Source: Ginglymostoma cirratum (taxonomy: Eukaryota). From it: a stretch of 64,000 bases of DNA. The stretch covers positions 9,852,694 to 9,916,693 of the forward strand of contig JAHRHZ010000002.1 of NCBI GenBank assembly GCA_024137785.1, in the 5' to 3' direction. This document shows positions 13,860 to 25,800 of this stretch, one piece after another (within the stretch, counting starts at the first letter, position 1; each line of letters opens with the position of its first letter). The notes under the pieces were generated by a model. It had not been told where the DNA came from. It saw only the letters and a list, made by a program, of their open reading frames with translations, and did not search any database. The position numbers and the translations under genes were made by a program.

Positions 13860-15010
13860 GTCAATTATATTCTTGTGTATGTATCACATTTTTAAATGGT
13901 ACAGATGTCTATGTAGTTTACATGCTGAACACGTTATATTGATCTCCAACTTGCCATACACATATGACTCTATAATAGAGATAACAAGGTGTAGAGCTGG
14001 ATGAACACAGCAGGCCAAGCAGCATCAGAGGAGCAGGAAGGCTGACATTTCGGGCCTAGGCCCTTCTTCAGAAATGACTCTATAACTTCATCGTAGTCTC
14101 TGAATATTTTTTCCAGAGAGACAGAGATTCAATGCTGTTCCCACTCATTCCTGAAGAGTTCTATATTATTCTGCAAAATAATATTTATTAAAAGCCAATT
14201 CATAGAGCTGCAGAAATGTTGTAATGCAGAAGGAAGCCATTCAGCCATTCCGTCTGCACTGCCACTCTAAATGATCTTTATGATTCAATGTTATTCTCCT
14301 GTCTTTTCCACATATCCTTGGCGTGTTGTTTCTATTGAACTAATCATTCAATTCCCTCTGGAAAGTCTCAGTTGAACCTACCATCATCACACTTCCAGCC
14401 AGTGCATTAGAAACCCAAACCTCTCATTTGCTTCTTTCACAAACTACTTTCACTCTGTGCCCCACTCATTCTACATCCTTTCATATGTGAAAGCAGTTTC
14501 TCCCTGGAAAATACTGGAAAGGTCAAAGGCAGGAATTGCTGCTTAGGGAGGAGGAGCTGGACAGAGTCTTGAAGATTATTTATTATCAGCTTAATGTATT
14601 CCAGCTACAAGTTTGTAATGCGGGGCTGTAATGATACAAAGATAATGTGTTCCAATTAAGATTTTCTTGACCAGAAATTAATACAATTTTCTTATTTTAG
14701 CTTGTCTAATAATGTGATAATTTGAACAAAGATTTCCAAAAGTCCACCACATTTCCCAGTCACTCCATCTGTTGCCTGTTCAAAAAGTGCAAGCAGATTT
14801 GACAATCAACCTACCCTTTTGAAACCTTATCATCTCTACAAAGCTCCCCACAATAGGAGAAAGTATCTTGAACAAAGGACTGAGGACAGAGAAAGGAAGT
14901 GGAAAAATCTCATCTATTTTTGCGGTTTCAACAAAGACAAAATTATTGTAACAGATCCAAGAAACAGTTGAAGTCCGAAAGCTTAAGATTACAGCAGGAC
15001 CAGAGCAGGG

Positions 15011-18000
15011 AATTGGGACACATTATCCTTGTACTATTCCAGCACTTTAATTCTGATTAGGATCTAGAAAGCAGAAAACCAAAACCTTTATGAGCCTGAT
15101 CAGCTCCACCTTCCCAAGCAATGGTTCCTGCTTTTGACACTTCCAGTACTTGCATGTAGAAGTGGGTCAGTCTGGTCAGTTGGAGGAGCTGAGATAAGGT
15201 AAATAGTTCCCCCTTTAGAGTGAATGCAAGAACAGATAGATTTCAATAGATGTGCAGTTCTGCTGCATCTGATTACAAATGGTGGTGGACAGTAAAACAA
15301 CTCATTGGCTCCACAAATATTCTCATCTTCAATAATGGGATAGCCCATCAAATCAGTGCGTTAAAAAAATGCTGACATCTCTCATTAGACAGTATATACC
15401 ACACTAATTCAATGATTGCATTAAAGCAGTCCCCAGGCACATTGCTGAGCAACAAGTGCATAAAAAGCCTTCACTCAATATTTAACGTGCAGGGATATTT
15501 GAACTGATGTCTGGGACTATCACACGAGTGAATAGCTGGGAAGAGATTGCGCGATATTATACTAAATTGTCTAATACATTGGTGTCTATGGTATAACCGT
15601 TGGGTGTTAACAGATGGAGATGAAGTTTCTACCCAGGGATAATAGTAATACTGTCATACATTGTTTAATTTTTCGAGTGGGAAGCTGGGTATGACATGAG
15701 TTAGCCTCTAAATCCACGATAGGTTTCAACTGCGATTACAATGAGGTAACTAGTTTTATTTAACATCATGAGCAACAATCATCTAAGTTGTTTAAGATTC
15801 ATTTTCATTTATTCAGTTCAAGAAAATAGTTCAGAAGAAACCTTAGTTAAACTGCATAAACATGCTCAGATGTTGATGCAGCGGCCAGACCATGCTTCTG
15901 TGAAAGTGCAACATGGCTGAGCCAGCATTAACAGAGGCCTTATTTAGAAATGGAATGTAAGGATGACCTCGTATCATGCCAAGAAAGACAAAGCAGTAGG
16001 GTTTAGTCAAGGATGGGAATGATTCACAAACTTCAGAGAGGAGCTAGGATGGCACTTGGGAAGATAGTGATGACCGAGGGTGTGGAGTAACAGCCATCTT
16101 GCCATTTTTGGAATGTATGAAAAACAAGATGTTTGCCTAAAACGGACCATTTTAGAATTGGTGTAATGTTCTGTCTACATGACTTACAATTAAAAAAAAA
16201 GCTGATGTTTCCTCGCTGCATTAGAGCACTACCTCAGAATCTTTGTTTGTTAAATAGTCTGCCAAAACAGTGATTAGCCCCTTTCTTACACTGCTGCAGT
16301 TCATGGAGTTCAGGATTACTCATAGTGCTGTCAGGAAGGAAGTTCCATGATTTTTACCCAGAGACAGCGAGGGAACAGTGATGCAGTTGCAAGTCAGGAT
16401 CATGTGGAGAATGAAGAGGAACTTGCAGTTGATGGTGTTTCAATATATCTGCTTCTCTTGTCCTCCTAGGTGGTAGATGTCCAGGTGTTTCCCCAGAAGG
16501 GCACAGACTAGTTCAGCATTTATGGAGCTATAAATGGTGCTGAACTTTATCTGACCTTATGATGGAAGGAGGTTCATTAATGAAAATGTTTGTAACATTT
16601 TAAATTAAAAGCCAGTTGTTCAAAGATTTAAGTTTCTTTGTCAAACTCATTTGATTTAAATTTCTGATGTTTAAAAAGACTACTCAGCATAAACAATGAC
16701 TTCATGGTGTTTCAAATATCCGGTAAACACTCAGCTAGATCAGAAAGCAGCTTCCCAGGCTTCGGATTGTGGATGGTGAAGCTGGAGGAGTCAGCGTTGA
16801 CTAATATTAATCGTTCTTTGCCTCCAGTATCAACAATGTAGCCTACAGTTGTTCAACCACCATTATATCAGACAAGGTGAACCACTTTTTTAGAAAATAT
16901 CCAGTCATGGGACATGGGTGTCATTGGTAGGGCCATGATTTATTGCTCTTCCTTAGTTGCTCTTAACTGCTTTCTTGAACCAGTGTGGTTTATTTGGTGT
17001 AGGAAGCCCCACAAAGCTGTTAGGGAGGGAGTTCAAGGATTTTTTACCCAGCAACACTGAAGGATGGACAATATATTTCCTGATTTTGTCACTGCCAGGT
17101 CATCCATCCAGTTTCATTCTTTGATACATTTTCGTGCTTTGATACAAGTGAGTGCTTGCAACGCCATTTCATATAGCAGGTAAGAATCACATCTTGGCCA
17201 AACTGGACGGGACAGCAACATTTCTTCCCTCGAGGATCTGAGTGAACAGGCTGGGTTTTTTTAACAATTGCTTCATAGTCATCATTAAGCTTTTAATTCC
17301 AGGTTTTATTTAATTCGAATTCCACTAAATTCCATCATGGAATATGAACCCGGGTCTCCAGAACATGAGCTTGATGTCGATGTAATTAGTGCAGGAACAT
17401 TATTACTGTGCCATCATGTCCCTCATTTAACATTAAATAGATGTAAAAATTATTCAACCGTGACTTCTGGGAGTTCTTCACTAGTCACAGCAGATGAATG
17501 GACTGTTGACCTATAGTACTTTGGTCTCAGAATCATCAATTGCAGCATTCTGCTCTCTGTCAACATTTTTAAACAACTTATGTCAGGGTGTTCCTGCATT
17601 TTCCCTTGGCCCTTCCTCCATTTAAAGCCAGTGACTGTGAGAAGAGGACTTGTTAATACACATTAATTCTAGGATCTGGTAATTTCTTCTATCTCAATCA
17701 CTTTTTTGTTTGAAGCTTTCCCAGTTTGGCAATGTCTGTCAAGATGACTCAATACGGGAAACACAATCTAGCTTATCTTAGGTCCTGACTGCTTAGAATT
17801 GTTTGTGTCTTTTTCAGAGAGAGAAAAATCAATCCTGCACACAGTAATACCATAAGAATTCGATACCATTCTGAAAAAGGTTCTTATTTCTTGAACAAAA
17901 GCAGAACTGCAGCTCTGAGGAAGGGTCACTCAACCCGAAACATTAACTCTGATTTCTCTCCACAGTTGCTGCCAGACCTGCTGAGCTTTACCAGTGATTT

Positions 18001-18618
18001 CTGATTTTGGTTCTAATGGTTCTTATTTTTTGAATCAGGTAGGCACCAGTGTTGTAGCAGTATGGGAACAGCTTGGCTACGGCCACAGCAAGCTCTGGTC
18101 GACAGGTCTTCAGTCCTGTTGCCACAATGTTGTCAGTATCAGCTGCCTTCATTTAATGTTTCACATCACAAGTGAATTGGCTGAAGACTGATATCTGAAA
18201 TGCTGGGAACCTCGGGAGGAGGCCAAGATGGATCATCAACTCAGCACATCTATCTGAATTCTTTTTTAATGCACAGATGTGGTGGGCACCCTCATTGTTG
18301 AAGATGAGAATATTTGTGGAGCCAATGAGTTGTTTTATTGTCCATCACCATTCATAACCAGACGCAGCAGGACTGGACACCTATCTAAATCTCCCTGTTC
18401 GTGCATCCGCTCTGAAAGGGAACTATTTGTCTTGTCTCAGCTCCTCCAACTAACCAGACTGACCCGCTTCCACATGCAAGTACTGGAAGTGTCGAAATCA
18501 GAAACCACTGCTTGGGAAGATGGAGCTGATCAGGCTCACAGAGGTTTTGGGTTTCTGCATTCCAGATCCTAATCTGGATTAAAGGGCTGAATTAGTGCAC
18601 AGATATTGCAGCCCAGTT
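15011..18618. repeat. Inverted duplication, ~360 bp arms (15011-15372 and 18258-18618)
   Basis: ORFs 15100-15351(-) and 18279-18572(+) share EDENICGANELFYCP; the DNA is alignable by eye over the whole arm. Confidence 0.85.
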
Positions 18619-18689
18619 TAGATTTTCACTTGTGAAGACAGCTGCAAAGTGCCTAATTAGTCATCTCTAATAATACCTTTCTGTTGTTA

Positions 18690-19600
18690 TTCTCTCATGG
18701 GATATGGCATTGCTGCCTGGGCCAATATTTATTACCCATCTCTCATTACCCTTGAGAAAGTGGTGGTGAGCTGCAGTCCACATGCTGTAGGTAGACCTCC
18801 AATGCCCTTCTGGAGGAATTCCAGGATTTTGACACAGTTTCAGTGAAGGGAAAATGATGCATTTCCAGGTCAGGATGGTGTATGGCTTGGAGGGGAACTT
18901 GCAGGAGGTGATATGTACGTGTCTATGTATCTGCTGCCCTTGCCCTTCTAAATGGAAATGTGCTGTCTAAAATTCCATTGTGAATTTCTGCAGGGCACTT
19001 GTAAAATGATGTATACTGCTACCTTTGAGTGTCAGTGGGAGAAGGAGTGGATGTTTTTGGGTATGGTGCCAATCAAGTGGGCTGCTTTATCCTGGATGGT
19101 GTCAAACCTTTTGAGTGTTATAAGAGCTGAACTCATTGTTGGCAATGGTAGTGTTCTATTACACTCCTGACCTGAGCCTTGTAGATGGTGAGCAGATTTT
19201 TAAGGAGTCAGGAGGTGAATTACTCGCTGTATACTCTTAACGTCTGGCCTGCTCAGGCAGCCACTGTATTTATATGGCAAGTTTAGTTGAGTTTCTGGTT
19301 AATGGTAACCCCCAGGATATGATAGTGGGAGATTCGCTGATAGTAACACCATAGAATGTCAAGGAGCAGTGGTCAAATTGTCTCTTATTGGGTGTGCCAT
19401 TGCCAGAGGTGTAAATGTTACTTGTCACGAGTCAGCCCAGTCCATATATTTTCCAGATCTTGTTGCATTTGAACATGGACTACTTCAGTATCTGAGGAGT
19501 TGGCAATGGTGCTGAACATTGCACAGTTATTGGCAAACCTCCCCACTTCTGACCTTATAATGGAGGCAATGCCATTGTTGAACCAGCTAAAGATAGTTGG
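18690..19600 (-). mobile_element. Decayed LINE (CR1/L2 group) RT 3' fragment; related fragments at ~16270-16590 (-), 56480-57010 (+), 230-672 (+) and 2480-2990 (+)
   Basis: Shared motifs GAATTCCAGGATTTTGAC and GGAACTTGCAG...ATCTGCTGCCCTTG; no intact ORF. Confidence 0.6.
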
Positions 19601-20277
19601 TGCTCAAATACCGCATAAAATGGATAAATCTCTGGGACTTGATCAGGTGTGCCCTAGAAATCTGTGGGAGGCTAGGGAAGTGATTGCTGAACCCCGTGCT
19701 GAGATATTTATATCATCGATAGTCACAGGTGAGGTGCCAGAAAACTAAAGGTTGGCCAATGTGGTGCATTTGACAAGTTTCCTTGTGGTAGACTGGTTAG
19801 CACAGTTAGATCACACGGAATACAGGGAGGACTAGCATTTGGATAGAGAACTGGCTCGAAGGTGAAAGACAGATGGTGGTGGTGGAGGGTTGCTTTTCAG
19901 ACTGGAGACTGAAGGGTCTGTTTCCTTGCTGTATATGTCTATGAGGTTTTGACCCTGAGTAACTCATGCAAAGATGTCCTGAAGGTGAGATCACCAAACT
20001 CCAACAATCACAACCGCAACGTTTTCCTTTGTGCCAACTATGACCTGCAACTTTTAAAAGGTTTCCTGAAGTCCATGTGTTCAATATCTATAATATTTCC
20101 CCATTACTGGGTCTGTTACCCTCCTCAATGACTGTTAGCAGCTTGGGCAAGCTGCATCTTTTCTTTTGAAACCTGCTTCTTTGTTATTAATTCTTCTTCA
20201 TAATCCCTTAAAGACTCAAAATGTTCCCCAAAACAGGTGGATTAGTTTTGAACTGAGAACAGAGACAAGATGTCTCT

Positions 20278-20635
20278 GGGGAGGTTAATGGCCTAGCGGC
20301 ATTATCATAGGACTGTTAATCCAAAGACCCAGATAACGTTCTGGGGACCTGGGTTGGAATCTCACCACGGCAGATCGGCAGATGGTGGAATTTGAATTCA
20401 ATAAATATCTGAAATTAAGAATCTAATGATGACCATGAATCCATTGTCGATTGTCGGAAAAACCAATCTGGTTCACTAATGTTCTTCAGGGAAGGAAACT
20501 GCATTCCTTACCTGGTCAGGCCTACATGTGACTCCAGACCCACAGCAATCTGGTTGACTCCGAACTGCCCTCTGGACAATTGGGGATGGGCAATAAGTAC
20601 TGCCTAGGCAGCAATGCCCTCATTCTGTTATTGAA
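20278..20635 (+). mobile_element. Deu-domain SINE (SacSINE1-like)
   Basis: tRNA-like head, then GGCAGATGGTGGAATTTGAATTCAATAAA, TGGTTCACTAATG and GGCCTACATGTGACTCCAGACCCACAGCAAT. Confidence 0.75.
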
Positions 20636-21619
20636 TAGAGGGAAAAAAGTGGAAGAATAGATTCGTTTATTATTTAAATTATAAAGAAAACAAAAATACT
20701 CTAACAGATCCCAGATTTGAAAGCACAAATCAAATAACCATCATCGGTGTTGTTACAACAGACTTCATCTGTTCAAATCCCTACTATTATTTTATTGAAA
20801 ATTAATGAAAGCTAATTTAAGTCATCCAACTGAATGTATGCTGCTTAAATTTCATTGGTATCACTCTCTTTGATCTTTCAGAATGACTTTAGTACCATTC
20901 TAAGCTAGTGTTGTCACAAACTGTGATATGAAAGTGCTGACGTGAATCATGAACTCAGTTATAACTTTTATTCCTGCTTGTGATCAGTCCTAGGGTGAAG
21001 CAATTGATAGCTGAATGGATGGAAATTTGGCCAAATATTTTAGTGACCTGAACATTTTTGAAGTACTGAATAGACAATAAGTATATATAATGATGTATAA
21101 TGTTGCTGATTGTAAAAGCAGGCATCCTGCTGTGTGAGGACAAAAAGGTAAATACTTTAGCAGAATCTCAGCAACCCAGAGAAAAGGCAAACAGAGGGAC
21201 CTTGAATCCCAGACATGGTAACTGCATACCATGATTCCTCTACTTTAGTCAAGCTTGGTACTAGATAGTTTTAAAACCAATAGGTGCTTTTACTTGGAAA
21301 ACTGTTGAAGGCAGAAATCCTGAGCCTGTGACATACCTGGACAAGTAGATGGTTCATGACATTACACAGCAATGAGGCAATGATTGAGTTCAATAAGTCT
21401 GCGAAGGCATTACTGTGTTACTAATGAATATTTAATCCAAGATCTGGAACTGTACCACCGATAAATGGCCGGCACAGGGATCACACGTACATGCTGCAGT
21501 GCCTCAGAGGTCAGTGCCAGTGGCACAGTCACTTCGGAATCACCAGTTGAAGATAATGTTTCTATCCAGGAATAAGAGTCATATTGTCACACAGTGATAA
21601 TACGGCCAGATATTAGAAA

Positions 21620-21734
21620 GTCATATAAGAGGATTGAGACTTTATTGTTAGCATCATCAATTCGAAACGCTTCAGAATCAAGAGTGAATGTTTTAACCGG
21701 TCATTCCTCATAGGACTTCACTGAATTAGGGCCA
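21620..21734 (-). other. Probable 3'UTR exon 8 of the class I-like gene (3' end uncertain)
   Basis: Strong acceptor GTATTTCTTTCTGTTCCTCAG| at 21735. First AATAAA at 21646-21641; further AATAAA near 20.97, 20.79 and 20.67 kb could give a longer UTR. Confidence 0.45.
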
Positions 21735-22802
21735 CTGAGGAACAGAAAGAAATACACGATTATGTAGGAACTACAACAGACCCAGTACTCAGCAGCAGAA
21801 CCCATCTGACCCAAATTCAAATACAAACAACTGAGAAAGGGTCACCATACCCAAAACGTTAACTCTGATTTTTCTTCACAACCGCCGCCAGACCTGCTGA
21901 GCTTTCCAGCGACTTCTGTTTTTGTTCCTGATTTACAGCATCCACAGTTCTTTAGGTTTTTACTTAGTATCGAACCTAAGCAAGACTCATTCAACCCATT
22001 CCCCAAAAATCAGCAACATCTAGCAGACCCACTCACTAAAGACCAGCAAAATCCACAGGGGCACAAGAACATGGTGATTTTTGTTTAGCCCCTCAAGCCT
22101 GTTCCATTATTGTGGTCTGGTTCTAACTAGACTGACCCCTCAGTCCGAGACTGCCCAAACAGTGGAGATAATTTCCCTGTATCTACCATATCCACTTCTC
22201 TTAATAGATTGAAAATCTTGATCAAATGAGCCCTTAACCTTCTACATTTCAGGGAACACAACACTAGTTTGTTTAATTTCTCCTCATAATTTAACCTTCG
22301 AAATCCAGATTTTTATTCAGGTCTGTCCACACTGCACTCTGTCCGAGATCATAAATCTCCTCAAGCCTGGTCTCCTGAATTACTCTGAGTTCTCCATTAG
22401 ATCCAGAGCCCATCCACCACAGCATTTCACAAACACCAGTAATTCAGAATCCCAGCAGAGCAACGCTAAACTCCAGGAACAAATTTTAGTGAGAAGTCTA
22501 GGAATATTGACTCCCTTAAGGAAATCGAGCGGTTGACAGGAAGCCACATCCGGAATGAGATGTTTACAAACATTTTTATCATCTAAACCCCATCTCTCAA
22601 AGACATTGGGTAGCCATCTCCAGAAAGTCAGTCTGAAAATTCAGTGCTGAACTCCACGAGGCGGTCTTTAGTGATCACACAGTGGGAGGGAGAGAGAGAG
22701 ACCCTGAGTTCAGACACCACCCTTCAGGTTATATAGTTAACGCCAAGTTCAATATCCCAGTTAGAATGATCTGCTCCCATGATTGATCAATGGTATTCAT
22801 AC

Positions 22803-22847
22803 CTCAGGTACTGACAGAACTGTCTGTGGACGAGGTTTCACCAAGAG
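22803..22847 (-). CDS. MHC class I-like exon 7 (Ser-rich tail + stop)
   Basis: Acceptor CTCTCCTTCCATTAACAG|CT. Translation [14 protein letters not shown] then TGA (22806-22804), followed by a G|GTATGA donor, implying an untranslated exon 8. Confidence 0.85.
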
Positions 22848-25800
22848 CTGTTAATGGAAGGAGAGGCATTAAAAACTGTTCAATATCAGATGCAGAGACA
22901 GAGTAATTGCACAAATCACAAGAGCAGAGTTAAGCATACAGAAAAAGGGGTGTACACACAGATGCAGAGATAGACAGACATATCCAGATAGTGATAGGTG
23001 GAAGCAGGCAATGACAGCAAATAGGCAGATTCACAGAGAGACAGAGAATGACACAACAACAAATAGCAAGAGACGCTCACGCGTACAAATACACATTTAC
23101 AAGCAACAGACAACTCAAATGTACACACGCAGCATTGAGACAGGAAGAGAAAGGTAGTTAAGTGTATGTCACCGAACGAATGATTCAGTAAGAGAGAAAT
23201 GCAGGTTTTTGATGATAAGCTTACCGTTTGTAGAATTGTAGTTGCTCATCCCTTTTACTGTAAAAGAATGAATGTCTGTGAGTGACAAGACACTGTCAGA
23301 AAGTGAGAGAAAAAACTGCAACTCCGAGTAAAAGTGGGTGGTAGACTCCACCACACTGAACTCCCCCAAACAATTATTGAGCCCCTTGCATCTTGACTTC
23401 AAATAATGAGACAAATAACAGGTAATTACAGGCCAGTTAGCTTAACATCTGTCATTGGGAAAATGTTAGAGTTTATCATAATAGAACATAATAGAGATAC
23501 AAACAGTCAGTATGGATTAATGAAGGGTAAAACATGCCTGACAAATTTACTAGAGTAACAGGCATAATTAGTAAAGGGAAAGCATTACTTTGGTTGAATG
23601 GCACACTTCTGCTCCTAAGTCTTATGGTCTAATGAGCCACCACCATAGACCACTTCATCACAAAGAGGGACACTCTCCCCAGAGCCTGAGTCACCACCAA
23701 CCCCGAGATCGACTTCCAACTCCCTGAACACTCAGTGAGAAGCTGCCTTTTTCTTACAAACTCCTACCTTTTTCCTTGTACATGACGACAGCCACAACTG
23801 CGAGAGCAATGATTCCGAGGACTCCAAGTACAATCCCAACAATAACAGGAACCTGGGAGTGAGACTTTCGGACTGTGATGAGAGAGAATCAAGGTAATAC
23901 AGGACATACAGTACAGGCTATATCTGCAGTATGTTGCTCTTATTTCAATGTTTAATTCACAGCCTTCTTTCTTCCAGGTATGCATACCTTGAAGAAGTTC
24001 TGCTGTTCTCTCTGATGGGATGGGATTTCTGTTTGAGTCTTTCAGCTTGTTCATCTTCTTTCTACTTCCGTCCGCTTGCTTTTACTCCTCTATCAACAGC
24101 ATAAGTACCATTATTTTCCAAACCTGTTCAGCCCCGAAGAAAGGTCAAACAGGTCTTGGACATTAACTTTATTTCTCTCTCTACAATCAACCCCAGACCT
24201 GCTCTAGCACTTTTTAGGTCTCTCGCACTTTCTGTTTTTATTTCAGCGTTTTTGGCATATATTCAGTGTATGTTGCACTTGAAGTGCCATCATCATCACC
24301 CTCTTTTCATTTCTCTAAATACATCACTACAACTCATTTCAAATCGTTCTACATTCTAGAAATTCTAGCCCTCTCTACCATTCAGTATGGTTGTGGCTGA
24401 TCATTCAACTCAGTACCCAGTTCCTGCTTTCTTCCCATACCCTTTCCTTCTTTTAGTCGTATGAACTATATCGACATCTTTCTTGAAAGACTTCAATATT
24501 TTGGCCTCAACAATTTGCCATGGCAAAGAATTCCACAGGCCTGGTTCTGGATTCCCCAGTTATTGGGAAGGTACTTACTGCATCTACCCTCTCTAAACAT
24601 GTTTGAATTTTATGGGTTTCCACGGGATTCTACCCTCATTCTTCCAAACTCTAGTGACTAGAGTCCTATGCAGTTCAGTCTTCCCCGGCAAAAGCAAAAA
24701 TTGCTGGAGAAACGCAGTAGGTGTGGTAGCATCCCTGAAGAGAAAGCAGAGTTAACATTTTGGGTCTAGTGAACCTCCACTAGTCTCCATCTATATGTCA
24801 GTCCCACCACCCCAGGAATCAGTCTGGTAAACCTTCTTTACACTCCCTCAATAGCTAGAACATCCTTTCTCAGATAGACAGAGACCAAACTGCACACAAT
24901 ATTCCAGGTTTAGTCTCACCAAGATCCTGAACAATTGTAGCAAGACACCCTTATTCCTGTACTCAAATGCTCTTGCAACGAAACAAAAACAGAAGTTGCT
25001 GGAAAAGCCCAGCAGGTCTGGCAGCACTTGTAAAGAGAAATTAGAGTTAATGTTTCAGGTCCTGTGACGTTTCCTGTTGCAATGAAGGCCATTTACCTTC
25101 TTCTCCGCCTTCTGCACCTGGATGCTTACTTTCAGTGACTAGTTCACAAGAACTAGTGCATAAAAATGAACTGTTGCACAATTATCAGCAAGTTGGTGCA
25201 AAATAATTTCCTAACACTTTGCAAAGCTCTTAGAATGTCTTCTCCACGGGTTTGTCCAGTTGTACTAGACTGCTTAGAATCATAACCGTCTTGCTTCCGG
25301 TGGTACTTAAAAAACTCATACCATGATGTCCTCGACCACTTTGTTCGCCTTTAAGAACAAATTAAAAGTGTTTCATGTATAAAATCCAATTTTCTGACTC
25401 TTCCTCGAAATTGCTCCAAAACGGCCTACCATTTTGTTTTCCCGCCAATCAACTCTAGTTGCCATCTGCAGACCAAGTCCCCTGGTTGCACCTCTCCCTT
25501 TCTCAATCTATTGACATTCAGACAACATTCCTTTTTCGAACAAAAACAAATTTGCTAGAAAAGCTCAGCGGGTCTGGCAGCATCTGTGAAGGAAAAAAAC
25601 AGCGTTAACGTTTCGGGTCCGGTGATCCATCCTCAGAACAGGGTCACAGAAGGGTCACCAGACCCAAAACATTAACTCTGTTTTCACCTTCACAAATGCT
25701 GCCAGACCTGCTGAGCTTTTCCAGCAAATTTGATTTTGTTCCTGATTTACAGCATCGGCAGTTCTTTCAGTTTTTATTAACATTCTGTCCTCCTTTGGGT

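Noticed and set aside
23764-24054. Cys-rich 96-aa ORF
   Set aside because: Off-frame reading of the class I TM exon plus intron.
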